Positions 1 to 10,057 of a stretch of DNA of 64,000 nt are shown here, piece by piece. Every line of letters begins with the position of its first letter. The stretch's first letter is position 1. The position numbers and the translations under genes were made by a program. Source of the DNA: Histomonas meleagridis 2922-C6/04-290x (lineage: Eukaryota > Protista > Parabasalia); NCBI GenBank assembly GCA_020184695.1, contig JAANOX010000278.1, positions 434,001 through 498,000 of the forward strand, read 5' to 3'. The notes beneath the pieces were generated by a model. That model ran no database searches, was not told where the DNA came from, and saw nothing but the letters and a program-made list of their open reading frames with translations.

Positions 1-438
1 AAATAAACTTTATGATTTTTTAATAAACCCATTTGTCTGTATTCTGTTCAAGCCTTTTAAAAAAGTATTTGATTATCAATAAGGGTTGATTATATTCTGC
101 AGCATAATGTAGGAATGTTCGGAAATTAAAAAAGAAACCCCAAAATAACATTATAATTTCTGGAATTTTGAAATAAACCATGTCTCGAACTGTTAAATCT
201 GCATTTCCATCAATAAGTAGATCAGCTGCGAACTTATTTTTACGTTGAATGGCAAGAAAAATGGGAGCATTATGTAACAAAAATAAAAACCAAATGGATG
301 AAAATTAAGAAAACATCAAATGAAAATTAAGAAACTTTCGGTAAATTTACAAAAAACGACATTTAAATCACCTCCTTCCTCTTTGTATTTTTTTAGACTT
401 GCATTATCTTCGTTTATGATGAATTTAGTAAAATCCAT
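1..438 (-). CDS. Ankyrin-repeat protein interrupted by intervening sequences; 3' end runs off the window
   Basis: ATG at 438 gives MDFTKFIINEDNASLKKYKEEGGDLNV. In another frame follow HNAPIFLAIQRKNKFAADLLIDGNADLTVRD and RTFLHYAAEYNQPLLIIKYFF, which are ankyrin-like segments separated by T-rich inserts. Confidence 0.6.
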
Positions 439-1413
439 CGAAAGTTAGAAAAAACGTTACAAATTTTAACGTATTCAACATCACTTTTCATTTGAAAACA
501 AGGCTTAAGGGCTGACTAGATATAAATTCATCTTTTAGTAAGTTAATGGATTGGCCAGACATCAAAAACTGTAAAAAAAAAGATTGTATAGACATATATT
601 CTATTCTCAAGAATCATAACAAATGGTTGTATCTTTAATAGGAGAAATAAAAGGATTACTATAAATAAATAGAGATGGGAGGAATTAAATGTGTTAAATC
701 ACCATATGTTAGGTGTAAATATTTATCATTTTCGGTCTCAACATGTGAATCTTCAGTATGTGGATTTTTTTTTTTCTTGAAAATATATTTCTTGGAGGTG
801 AACAAAGCCAACTGCATGTGAAATCTGAATATATATTAATTTGCAAAGAGACACATTTCACAGGCATTTACATTTTCCATTTTTAATTCATGCAAACAAA
901 CTTAAACTTAAGCCCATTTTTATTTTCTATAGTGTATAGTTTAATCACAATAACCGCTATGTTTTACGCACGAGTTTATCATTTTCATTATTGTATCAAT
1001 TTTTTTTTATTCCTCTAAGAGAAGCTACACGTTTCTTTATCAAAGAATTTCTTTTCTTTGTTAATTTTTCATGGAAAATTACAAATTGCAATTTTATGTT
1101 TTCATCAAACAATTTTTAGTAGTTATAACATATTGAAATGTTCTCATATAAAATTATAGTTGTTACATAAAGCAGTTTCAATCAGTTCTTTTGTTATTCC
1201 ATTTGTTCAAAAGTTGTAGTTTTTTATTTTTAAATTTTGAGGTTAAGTGTTCAATACGTGAGCGTAAGAATTTGTTTCAATCTTGGCAGAAAAACTTGAT
1301 CGTACGGCTCAATTTCTCATTTATAAACTATTCATTTATTTATAAACTATTGAATTCCATGTATACTTAAAAACAAGAAAAAAAGTCAATTTAATATCAC
1401 ATATTTTATATAG

Positions 1414-3108
1414 ATGGATGGACAAAACCCTCAAGGGCAGTATTATACCCCAACTCAACCAGTATACACGCAACCTTATGGATACGAACAACCAGTAGTT
1501 GATGCTGGTAATCCGTATGCTCAAGTAAATCCCGATCCAAATCAAGCGAATTACCAATACCAACAAAATTACCAATACCAACAAAATTACCAATATCAAC
1601 CTAATCCATATCACTATCAACCACAAACGGGAAATTATCAATATGATTCCGAAAACATTAATTATCAAGATCTTCAAGTTGAACAATTCTCTTCCATTCC
1701 ATGTGATCAAACTTCATATTCTTGTTATTGGGAAAACCCACAAGCATTTGAACCTCAAACATATTCACAAAATACCAAAAAAGAAACCAAATGCAATGAT
1801 ATTTTATATCTTATAGTCTTCTTAATCAACTTAGTTATTACCATAGTTGTCTTTATTTGGCTTGTATCGAAGAAAGCTCCAACTGAATCAGAACCTACAA
1901 ATGAAGAACCAAGTGACGTTGACAACTTCAAGAGCCTACTTTGGAAATCCATTGGCATTAGCTTTGTTATCGGCCTTGTACTTAATATTATTCATGTTAT
2001 TTATATTGCAGCCATTCCAGTTATTTATATCAAATTTGGGTTTTTCATAGGCGTTGTGATTAGCATCATATACATTATCTATCCAATGATTCATTACACA
2101 TTATATTGGTTCTTATGTTTTCCCGGAATATTATTACTTATATCACTTCTTATGTTTTGTATCTATCGCGAATATATACCATTTTCTGCCGCATGTCTTC
2201 GACAATCCATCAAAATCATACTTCGAAATCCATCTATTTTAGTCATCATAATCATTGAAACTATATTAGATTTAGTCATCTGTGGAATCTTTTCATTAAT
2301 GATATATTATATCCAATATCATAACATTAGTGATGCTCTTTACATATACTTAGTATTTTCATATTATTGGATCTCATATACATTTGGTTATGTAATGTAT
2401 TTAACAGGCGCAGGTTTAGCAGGAACTTGGTACTTCTTAAATGACACTGAATATTATCCGAAGTCACCTGTTTGGGAATCATTTAAACGCGCAGCTACGA
2501 CATCATTTGGTAGTGCGTCAGGCGCAGCTTTATGGCTTGCCATCATTGAAGCATGTCGTGCGATTATCAGATTGGATATATCTGATTCAAACTCAACAGC
2601 GCAAGTGATTCTGATCATTCTTAAAGTGATTGCACATTGTATCATATGTATAATCCAATGTTGTTTCGCGTGGATTAATAGATACGCTTTGATTTATTGC
2701 GCTTTGTTCGGCGTTCCATTTAAAGAAGGATGCAGAAGATTTATGGAGTTATCATGCAACAGATACGTAGAAGTGATTATGGAATCTTCAATGATTAGAC
2801 ATGCGCTGACATTTAATATGTTCGTGTTCGTAATAGGTGGCGCTTGTCTCGGATATCTGTTCGGACTTTTGTTGGATGATAATAATGTTGGAGCTGTGTT
2901 TTCGACATTTTTCTCCTTGTTGTTCACTTGGTCAATTTACTTGGTCTGCGATTTCCCAATTGAAACTGTAAGTGATACTTTGGTCATTTGCTTCGCTGAG
3001 GCTCCAGAAAGATTGAAGACAACAGCATCAGAGCTATATGATTCAATGAAGGATCAGTTCTCGAAGAAATTAAGGAAGAAGATCGAAAAGAGAGCAAATA
3101 AACACTGA
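1414..3108 (+). CDS. Choline transporter-like (CTL/SLC44/Pns1 family) membrane protein with Q/Y/P-rich N-terminus
   Basis: About 10 hydrophobic segments. Motifs KCND..YLI.F, GTWYF, KRAATTSFGS and WINRYALIYCALFG.PF match the CTL family. Paralog of 7333-9093. Confidence 0.85.
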   Translation: MDGQNPQGQYYTPTQPVYTQPYGYEQPVVDAGNPYAQVNPDPNQANYQYQQNYQYQQNYQYQPNPYHYQPQTGNYQYDSENINYQDLQVEQFSSIPCDQTSYSCYWENPQAFEPQTYSQNTKKETKCNDILYLIVFLINLVITIVVFIWLVSKKAPTESEPTNEEPSDVDNFKSLLWKSIGISFVIGLVLNIIHVIYIAAIPVIYIKFGFFIGVVISIIYIIYPMIHYTLYWFLCFPGILLLISLLMFCIYREYIPFSAACLRQSIKIILRNPSILVIIIIETILDLVICGIFSLMIYYIQYHNISDALYIYLVFSYYWISYTFGYVMYLTGAGLAGTWYFLNDTEYYPKSPVWESFKRAATTSFGSASGAALWLAIIEACRAIIRLDISDSNSTAQVILIILKVIAHCIICIIQCCFAWINRYALIYCALFGVPFKEGCRRFMELSCNRYVEVIMESSMIRHALTFNMFVFVIGGACLGYLFGLLLDDNNVGAVFSTFFSLLFTWSIYLVCDFPIETVSDTLVICFAEAPERLKTTASELYDSMKDQFSKKLRKKIEKRANKH

Positions 3109-3468
3109 AATATGATTTGAATAAAAATGAAATTAATAATATGTTAAAAAAATTTAAAAATAAATTTCGAATAATGTTCAACATTTATTAAGTTCGAAAG
3201 TCTTTGCTGCAACTTTGAAACGAAATTACAGAAATCACAAAAATTGTTCTATAAATTAGTCAACAGCATTCCGACATTACTCAATAATAGATAAATTTTC
3301 GAAGAAATTAAGGAAAAAATTGAAAAAATAGCAAATAAATTAAAATTTTGATATGAATAAAAACGAAATTAATAATATGTTAAATAAATTTCAATAATAA
3401 AGTTTGATTGCCGTTCAACATTTATAAAGTTCGAAAGTCTTTTCTGCCACTTTGAAACCGAATTACAG
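3061..3468 (+). repeat. Degenerate direct duplication (about 170 bp, period about 238 bp) of the CTL gene's last codons and 3' flank
   Basis: tcgaagaaattaagga...aattaataatatgttaaa...gttcaacattta..aagttcgaaagtcttt.ctgc.actttgaaac.gaattacaga occurs at about 3061-3232 and again at about 3299-3468. Confidence 0.8.
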
Positions 3469-3497
3469 ATGAAATAAAAAACTGTCAGAAAAATTCT

Positions 3498-3838
3498 ATG
3501 CTCTACACAACAGTGTTCGATAAAAAGCGTTAATATTTTCTTTGCGAACGAAACCAAATAAGGATACAAAAAAACCGCCAACCACCAATTTTTGACCGTT
3601 TGAGATGGGCTTTTCAATTAAGCCGTCATTCATTTTCGGGATGTGCAAAGAAGTCGACATGGAAGAAGAATCAGAATCAGAAATATCACAAAAGAAAGCT
3701 AAGAAAAGCCCAAAGATTGGTGATCCACCTTCTATAAGTGAAAGTTCCATAGATTTCGCAAATGAAGATTTCGAAATAGAAAGAACTGAATATTCAAGTT
3801 ATACGGAAGAATTTGATTCTGATTTGTCTTCGTCTTAA
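3498..3838 (+). pseudogene. Small hypothetical gene with acidic C-terminus, apparently disrupted
   Basis: ATG at 3498 gives MLYTTVFDKKR, TAA at 3531, then coding-like YFLCERNQIRIQKNRQPPIFDRLRW. A frame change leads into the acidic 3605-3838 ORF (EEESESE...DSDLSSS). Confidence 0.35.
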
Positions 3839-4335
3839 AACCTTGGTACTCAGATCTAATAAATTTTATATTGTTGATAAACAAGTTTATATTTGATTAA
3901 ATTTTTATTCAAATAAACAAAATACCTCTGTCACAACAATTTTTTTAATGTATTTCCAAATGAAATTTTTAATTCGTCCTAATCTTTTTGGCAATAGATT
4001 TTTTCTTCTAATTTTCATTAATCTTGCTTATCTTAATTAAAAAAGCAGGTATAATGTTGTTGATTAAAAAGCTTATATGAAAGTTTAATGGAAAGACAAA
4101 AAAATCACATTCATTGAATATGATCAATAACATTATTAACAAAGTTTTATAATTCTATTTCTATGTTTACTATCGCACAGATATTTAATTGCTAATTTCG
4201 TTATACTTCTTGTGTATTACTTCAGTTCCAATTAGATCTTGTTGAGTTTTGCCATTTGTTCTACTCAAAAAGTTTGATTTTAAACATCAGAAAAAGTTAT
4301 TTCGTTTTTAATTTGTGAGATTTACTCTGTGAGTT

Positions 4336-5304
4336 TTACTCAAATGTTTCTGAATTCTTTTCAGAGAATATAAAACTATATGAAATTGTTCCACCATTCA
4401 CCAGAGAATCTTGTCTTTGGTTGATCGTCTTCTTCGCAGCTGAGCCTATATCGATTTCATTTGTTTCTGCAATAATAAAATCAGTTGTATTGTAGATTTG
4501 GAACTTCAACTTAGTCTTATAGCTGCTTCCAAATGAGAAGTCAGAATTCCAAGATGGACTGGGACCAGAGATTGGTGATGTTTGCTTTGAGTTATCTCCA
4601 TTTGTCACTTTGCAAGTGTACGTAACACCTGCTACACCTCCAAAGCCACTAGCACTAGCGATTCTAACCTTGAGGTAGTAAACCTTCCTGAATTTCCAAT
4701 AAAGTGAAAAGCCTAATAATGCAAGTAAAATGACAACAATAGCCCAAGAAAGGAACTTGTTGAATATAGCTCTGAGGAACATTGCCTTAGCACGGCTTTC
4801 TCCAACCTTACCTTCAACTTCAATTTCGTCAAGATTACTGTTGATGTGTTCAATATGTTGTCTATCTTGGAGTAAAGTATCTTGAGTGGCAGCTGCTGTG
4901 TTTAATGTATCATTACCAATTGCAATTGCGTTATCTAAGTTATCAATGATAGCATTACCCTTGTCAACATTTGATTGAAGTTGCCTGTTTTGTCTATAAG
5001 CTGGATCATTTGTTAAAGCTTGACGTTTTTGACGAAGTTCAGTAAACATCTTTGAATGTTGTGTATGGAATTCTCTAATTTCTTGGTCATAATAAGAACG
5101 TTCTGATTGTGGCATTGATTTTGTTTCGTTTGTCATCTTATTCAGCATTGAATCCAGTTGTACCAAATCTTGTTCAATTTTATGATCAAGTCCTTGGCGT
5201 TGATTATATGGGAGTGAATCAAGCCTTTGTAAGTCAGATTGAATCTGCTCGATAAGGCTTTCGGTTGATGTAATTTCGTCGTCTAATTTCTGGGTTATGC
5301 TCAT
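4336..5304 (-). CDS. Vti1-like Qb-SNARE with a C2-like domain C-terminal to the transmembrane helix
   Basis: N-terminal three-helix Habc-like region; SNARE heptads (TQDTLLQDRQHIEHINSNLDEI); TM FLSWAIVVILLALLGFSLYW; then a beta-rich C2-like pattern (LKVRIASA...YTCKV...TSPISGPSPSWNSDFSF...LKFQIYN). Confidence 0.85.
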   Translation of the reverse strand: MSITQKLDDEITSTESLIEQIQSDLQRLDSLPYNQRQGLDHKIEQDLVQLDSMLNKMTNETKSMPQSERSYYDQEIREFHTQHSKMFTELRQKRQALTNDPAYRQNRQLQSNVDKGNAIIDNLDNAIAIGNDTLNTAAATQDTLLQDRQHIEHINSNLDEIEVEGKVGESRAKAMFLRAIFNKFLSWAIVVILLALLGFSLYWKFRKVYYLKVRIASASGFGGVAGVTYTCKVTNGDNSKQTSPISGPSPSWNSDFSFGSSYKTKLKFQIYNTTDFIIAETNEIDIGSAAKKTINQRQDSLVNGGTISYSFIFSEKNSETFE

Positions 5305-5596
5305 CTTTTTAGAGCAGGATTGGTATTATAATACGGTTAGGTGTCAATTTTATCGGTTTGAATCAATTTTTATAACTTTTTGATAAAACATGAAAACAAT
5401 ACGCAGGTGGTCCAATTGACAAAACTTTGAGAACTTTATATGAAAAAGATAACTGATGAAAATTTTCATAATGATTCCAATTATTTGACGTTTTTAGATT
5501 AAAAATAAGAATCAAGTTTAACCAAACGCCTCAAAAACTCCTTTATTAATTTTATGTTCCATATTGAATCTCTGTCTTAATCAGATAAACATATGG

Positions 5597-6670
5597 CTAT
5601 GATGAAGAAGGTACTTCATTGAGTAGCTCTCTCAGAGATTGCTTCTTCTTTGTGACCGACCTAATTGAATCTCTCTTCTCTTTTCTTTCTTGTTTCTGCT
5701 TCATAAGTAGTTCTTGCTTTTCTCTATTTTGTCGTTCAATCAACGCAGTAAACTCTGGTGATTGCATGACCAATTCTGGTGTTACATTTGAATTCGAATT
5801 CTGAATAACAGATCCCATATCTCGCATAGATCTTGCACCATTAGCGTTCATGTTCTCAGAGATCAGAACATGTTCCCGAAGTTGGGAAAGTGTTGGTCTA
5901 TGATCAACTGGTAATAAACATGTTGTAATAAAATCTGCTATTATAGGGTCTGAGACATCAGATATAGCCTGTGGCATGATTCCCTCTAAAATGGCATTGC
6001 GTTTTGTCATTGGTGAAGAGTATTCATTATATGGTTCAACTCCTGTTGATATCTCAAGAACTGAAAGTCCGATCTGCCAAATATCGCTCTTGGGATCAGT
6101 GATTATGGACTTGACTTCAGGGGCAGATGTTTCTGGAGGAGTTCCAAATAATAACATTTCTAGATTTGGTGGTCCTAATTTAACAATTCCATCTGAACTA
6201 TCAATGTAAATGTTATTACAACAAATATCACCATGAATAAGAGGTGGATTTCTTGAATGATAATGTTCAAGACCATCAATAATTTGACTACACCAATTTC
6301 CAATTGCAGAACGTGATGGGCTATGAACAACTTCAGCAACATAGCTTCGAATTGTTTGCAAAGAAAATAATTCCGTTATATAGATAAAAACTTTTCTTGT
6401 TTTATCGATCCAGGCTCGATACAAAGCAATAAGATTAGGGTGAGAATTTGATCCAATGAAGTTCACAATCTGTATTAGGTTGTTAAAACCATTTTCTGTT
6501 GAACCTTCAATATAAATTTCATTCCATAAACAGAGAATTCCCTCGTTTTGATCAATTGCACGATATGAGACTTGGATCCCAGAGCGTACAATTACCTCTT
6601 CTCTTTTGAATCGCCCTGAGGGATCCACATTATAATCTTCCATTGTCTGACACTTTCCAAAAAGTGTCAT
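5597..6670 (-). CDS. WNK/NRBP-like kinase-fold protein, probably a pseudokinase, with C-terminal coiled coil
   Basis: LWNEI, HPNL, YITELF, WCSQIIDGLEHYHSRNPPLIHGDICCNNIYI and VKLG match the WNK/NRBP pattern. DFG is replaced by PPN and there is no Gly-rich loop. Confidence 0.8.
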   Translation of the reverse strand: MTLFGKCQTMEDYNVDPSGRFKREEVIVRSGIQVSYRAIDQNEGILCLWNEIYIEGSTENGFNNLIQIVNFIGSNSHPNLIALYRAWIDKTRKVFIYITELFSLQTIRSYVAEVVHSPSRSAIGNWCSQIIDGLEHYHSRNPPLIHGDICCNNIYIDSSDGIVKLGPPNLEMLLFGTPPETSAPEVKSIITDPKSDIWQIGLSVLEISTGVEPYNEYSSPMTKRNAILEGIMPQAISDVSDPIIADFITTCLLPVDHRPTLSQLREHVLISENMNANGARSMRDMGSVIQNSNSNVTPELVMQSPEFTALIERQNREKQELLMKQKQERKEKRDSIRSVTKKKQSLRELLNEVPSSS

Positions 6671-7332
6671 ATTATTTTCATTTTCATTCTATAAATGCTC
6701 ATTAAATTTCTTTATTATTAATTATTTAGCTTTAAAATTCAAATAACCAATGAAAGAAGAAATTGTTTTTTTTTTAAATTAATCTAAAATGTATTTTTCA
6801 GAATAATGTAATTTGATAAGAATAATTTTGAATTACCAAAGTATTTCATTTATAATAATGCATTGCATACATTTGACGTAATAAACTATAGTATTCTATT
6901 TTGTGAAAAAATAATATTTATTAATTTGGAAAAAGAGATTTTTTATTCAAACCCCACATTTAAAGACCGTTTATCAACGGTCACTCATAGCATTGAAAAT
7001 AAATCCGATAATTCAGATCAAATGTATTCAATAGGTTTATGTCATAAATTTTACAACTGAAACGTTTCAATGATCTGCACGATATTATCAGTAAAAACTT
7101 ATTATAAACATGATTTTTCACCAAGGGTTTTTATAAGAACAACAATTTTATGATTATCCTTCAGCATCGAATTCGGAAAAGATGTTATAAAAGGCGTTCA
7201 GAACATGTGACAAACCAACGGTTCATGACAAAACCACACCAATTTTGAGTGTCATAGTCGATAAACCGACCGGATTTTACTATGAAAAAGTTTTGTCGTC
7301 ATAAGGTTAAACCATTCCAAAATTGACAAAAA

Positions 7333-9093
7333 ATGTCTGGAAATCCTCCAGCTTCTGATCCAATGTATCAAGCAACGATACCACTTGAACAGCAAAATGC
7401 TTATTCGCAACCTTATCCACCACAACAAGGATACCCACAACAGGGTTATCCACCACAAGGCTATACTGATCCAAACATGCAACCAGCCCCACAATATGCT
7501 CCACCACCTCCTTCATATCAGCCACAAACATACACACAAGGATACGTTGATCCAAATGCACAATATCAACAAGGATATTATCAACCTAACCCATACAATT
7601 ATCAACCACAAACAGCAAACTATCATTATGATCCTAACCATATCCAATATCACGAAATGCAAGTTGAGCAATGGGCCACAATTCCATGTGATCAAACAGC
7701 TTATTCATGTTATTGGGAAAACCAACAAGCCTTTGAACCACAAAATTACTCCCAAAACGTTAAGAAAGAAACCAAATGCAACGACCTTTTCTTTGTAATA
7801 TTATTCCTCATCAATCTTATTGCCACTATTGCTGTCTTTGTTTATCTTCTTATTGCCAAAGACATATATAAAGAAACTCAAAGCACATACCGTCCATTGG
7901 AAGTATTCTTTAAAGAAAATCTTGTCAAAACTTTAGGCATAGGACTTGCGATTGGTGTTGTCATTAACATTGTCCATCTTCTTTACATGACCTTCCTTCC
8001 AGGCGTTTACATTCGTCTCGGTTTCTTTATCTGTGTAATTATTGCAGTTATTATAATTATCGTTCCATCATTTATATATGGTCTTTATGTTCTCTTTATA
8101 TATCCAGCAATCTTTTTGTTATTTGCATTGATTTGTTTATGTTGCACACGTGGCCGTATTGAATTTTCAATTGCCGTATTAAAGCAAGCATGTCTAATTT
8201 TGCTTCGTAACCCATCCATCTTCTTATACATCTTCATTGAAGCCATTTTTGACATTATTCTCAATTGCGTATTTTCATTAATGATCTTCTACATCCAATA
8301 CAAGGGCATTAACAATGCGTTATATGTCTACTTAGTCTTATCCTACTATTGGATTTCATATACCTTTGCATATGTCATCTACACAACCGCATCTGGCTTA
8401 ACGGGCACCTGGTACTTCCTTAATGACACGGAGTACATGCCCAAGTACCCCGTCTGGGCCTCTTTCAAGCGCTCCATGACCACCTCCTTCGGAAGCGAAG
8501 CGTGCGCCGCCTTTTGGCTTGCAGTTGTCCAAGCATGTCGTGCCATTATCCATCTCAATGGCAACAACAGCCAAGTTATTATTATCCTTAAGGTCATTGC
8601 GCTCTGTATCTTGTGCATTATTGAGTGCTGTCTTAAGTGGATCAATCGTTATGCATTAATCTATTGCTCATTGTTTGGCGTTCCATTCAGAGAAGGCTGC
8701 AGACGATTTATGGAATTATCATGCAACAAATTCGCTGATGTATTATTCGAAGGATCGATCATCTCGTTAAGTACAACGTTCCATTTGTTCGCATTCACAT
8801 TGGCCGGATTCTTCGCAGGTTTCGGCATTGGTTATGCGATGGATAAGGAATACAGTTACGTGTTCATATTCACCTGCGTATTCGCATTGTTCTTTACATT
8901 GGCAATATTTTTGGTAATCGACTTCCCATTCGAAGGTATGACAGACACATTGTTCATTTGCTTCGCTGAGGCACCCGAAAAATTAAAGACATCGGCGTCG
9001 GAGCTATACGAAAGAATGAAGAACTCTTTCTCTGACTCAATGAATAAGAAACTCGATAAGGAAATTAAGAAAGGAGAAAGGAGAAACCAGTGA
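7333..9093 (+). CDS. Choline transporter-like (CTL/SLC44) protein with XYPPX repeats
   Basis: QPYPPQQGYPQQGYPPQGY N-terminus; same TM layout and motifs as 1414-3108 (IPCDQT.YSCYWEN.QAFEPQ.YSQN.KKETKCND). Confidence 0.85.
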   Translation: MSGNPPASDPMYQATIPLEQQNAYSQPYPPQQGYPQQGYPPQGYTDPNMQPAPQYAPPPPSYQPQTYTQGYVDPNAQYQQGYYQPNPYNYQPQTANYHYDPNHIQYHEMQVEQWATIPCDQTAYSCYWENQQAFEPQNYSQNVKKETKCNDLFFVILFLINLIATIAVFVYLLIAKDIYKETQSTYRPLEVFFKENLVKTLGIGLAIGVVINIVHLLYMTFLPGVYIRLGFFICVIIAVIIIIVPSFIYGLYVLFIYPAIFLLFALICLCCTRGRIEFSIAVLKQACLILLRNPSIFLYIFIEAIFDIILNCVFSLMIFYIQYKGINNALYVYLVLSYYWISYTFAYVIYTTASGLTGTWYFLNDTEYMPKYPVWASFKRSMTTSFGSEACAAFWLAVVQACRAIIHLNGNNSQVIIILKVIALCILCIIECCLKWINRYALIYCSLFGVPFREGCRRFMELSCNKFADVLFEGSIISLSTTFHLFAFTLAGFFAGFGIGYAMDKEYSYVFIFTCVFALFFTLAIFLVIDFPFEGMTDTLFICFAEAPEKLKTSASELYERMKNSFSDSMNKKLDKEIKKGERRNQ

Positions 9094-9736
9094 ATGAAAA
9101 AGTTTATATTCAGTTTAAGTAAACCAATTTGAAAAAGAAAATTTTCAATTGTTAAATGAACAAAAAATATTCGAATATGGCAACAGACTTAGTGAAATAT
9201 CAATGTCCGCCGAATGAATTTATTTTCATTACAAATGATATTAACTCATGCGGCGGCAGAAAGAGCTTCATAAATCAAACGAAACATTAATTATATTATG
9301 TTTTAAAAAGTCACTTTTACATGATAAATACTTTTTGTGATTACGATAATAACCGCTCCGATAGGTTTTTTTGTAGTCACTTTTCAAAAAATGTGTTGCC
9401 ATTTTTTTGCATACATGCTTGCCATATTTTTAGAACTTCAGGTGGCAATGAAAGAGTCTAAATTCAACAGAACGATTTCTGCATAACCACTTGAATATGC
9501 TTTCATAAGTGCTGTTTTGGGTAACTTAATGAATTTCCAAATATATTTTTATGAATTATCAAATTATTATAATATATCTCAAATAAAACAAATGAATATC
9601 TTCAGCATTAATATTAATTTTTTTTTGTTAAAGAAGTATTTGAACCATTTCTGTATAGACATTTTTTTGAAGCATTTATTAGTGCCAAAAATATTTAAAA
9701 AAATTGTAAAAATTTTTATAAAGCGATAAAATATTC

Positions 9737-9906
9737 GGGTAGACTGAACTACACCCCCGGAAAAAATACGTTATTTACGATAGAGGACTATAGACATTTT
9801 ATGGTGAAAATGATCGTTCGATAAAATTTCAAATAATGATTTTCGGCGTTGCAAATTAAATTATGTATTTAATATAACGGTTATATTGAATATGGGTATA
9901 GTTCAG
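9737..9906. mobile_element. Possible MITE-like relic bounded by an imperfect 13-bp inverted repeat
   Basis: ctgaactacaccc (about 9744-9756) and gggtatagttcag (about 9894-9906) are reverse complements with one mismatch. No target-site duplication or transposase is seen. Confidence 0.2.
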
Positions 9907-10057
9907 CATAAGAGTTTTTGCTCATTTTATTTTGATGATCCGTTTCATGTTGCCACCCAAATATTTTAATAAAAATTTAATAAAATAAACAAACAAACTT
10001 TTTTTAATTTTCCAATTTTTGAATAAAACAAGGACTGAAAAAGACGTTTATTTTAAC

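Noticed and set aside
9737-9756. Minus-strand GTTCAGTCTACCC resembling RNase P CR-V
   Set aside because: No matching CR-I (GGAAxxUC) or P4 partner was found at a plausible distance.
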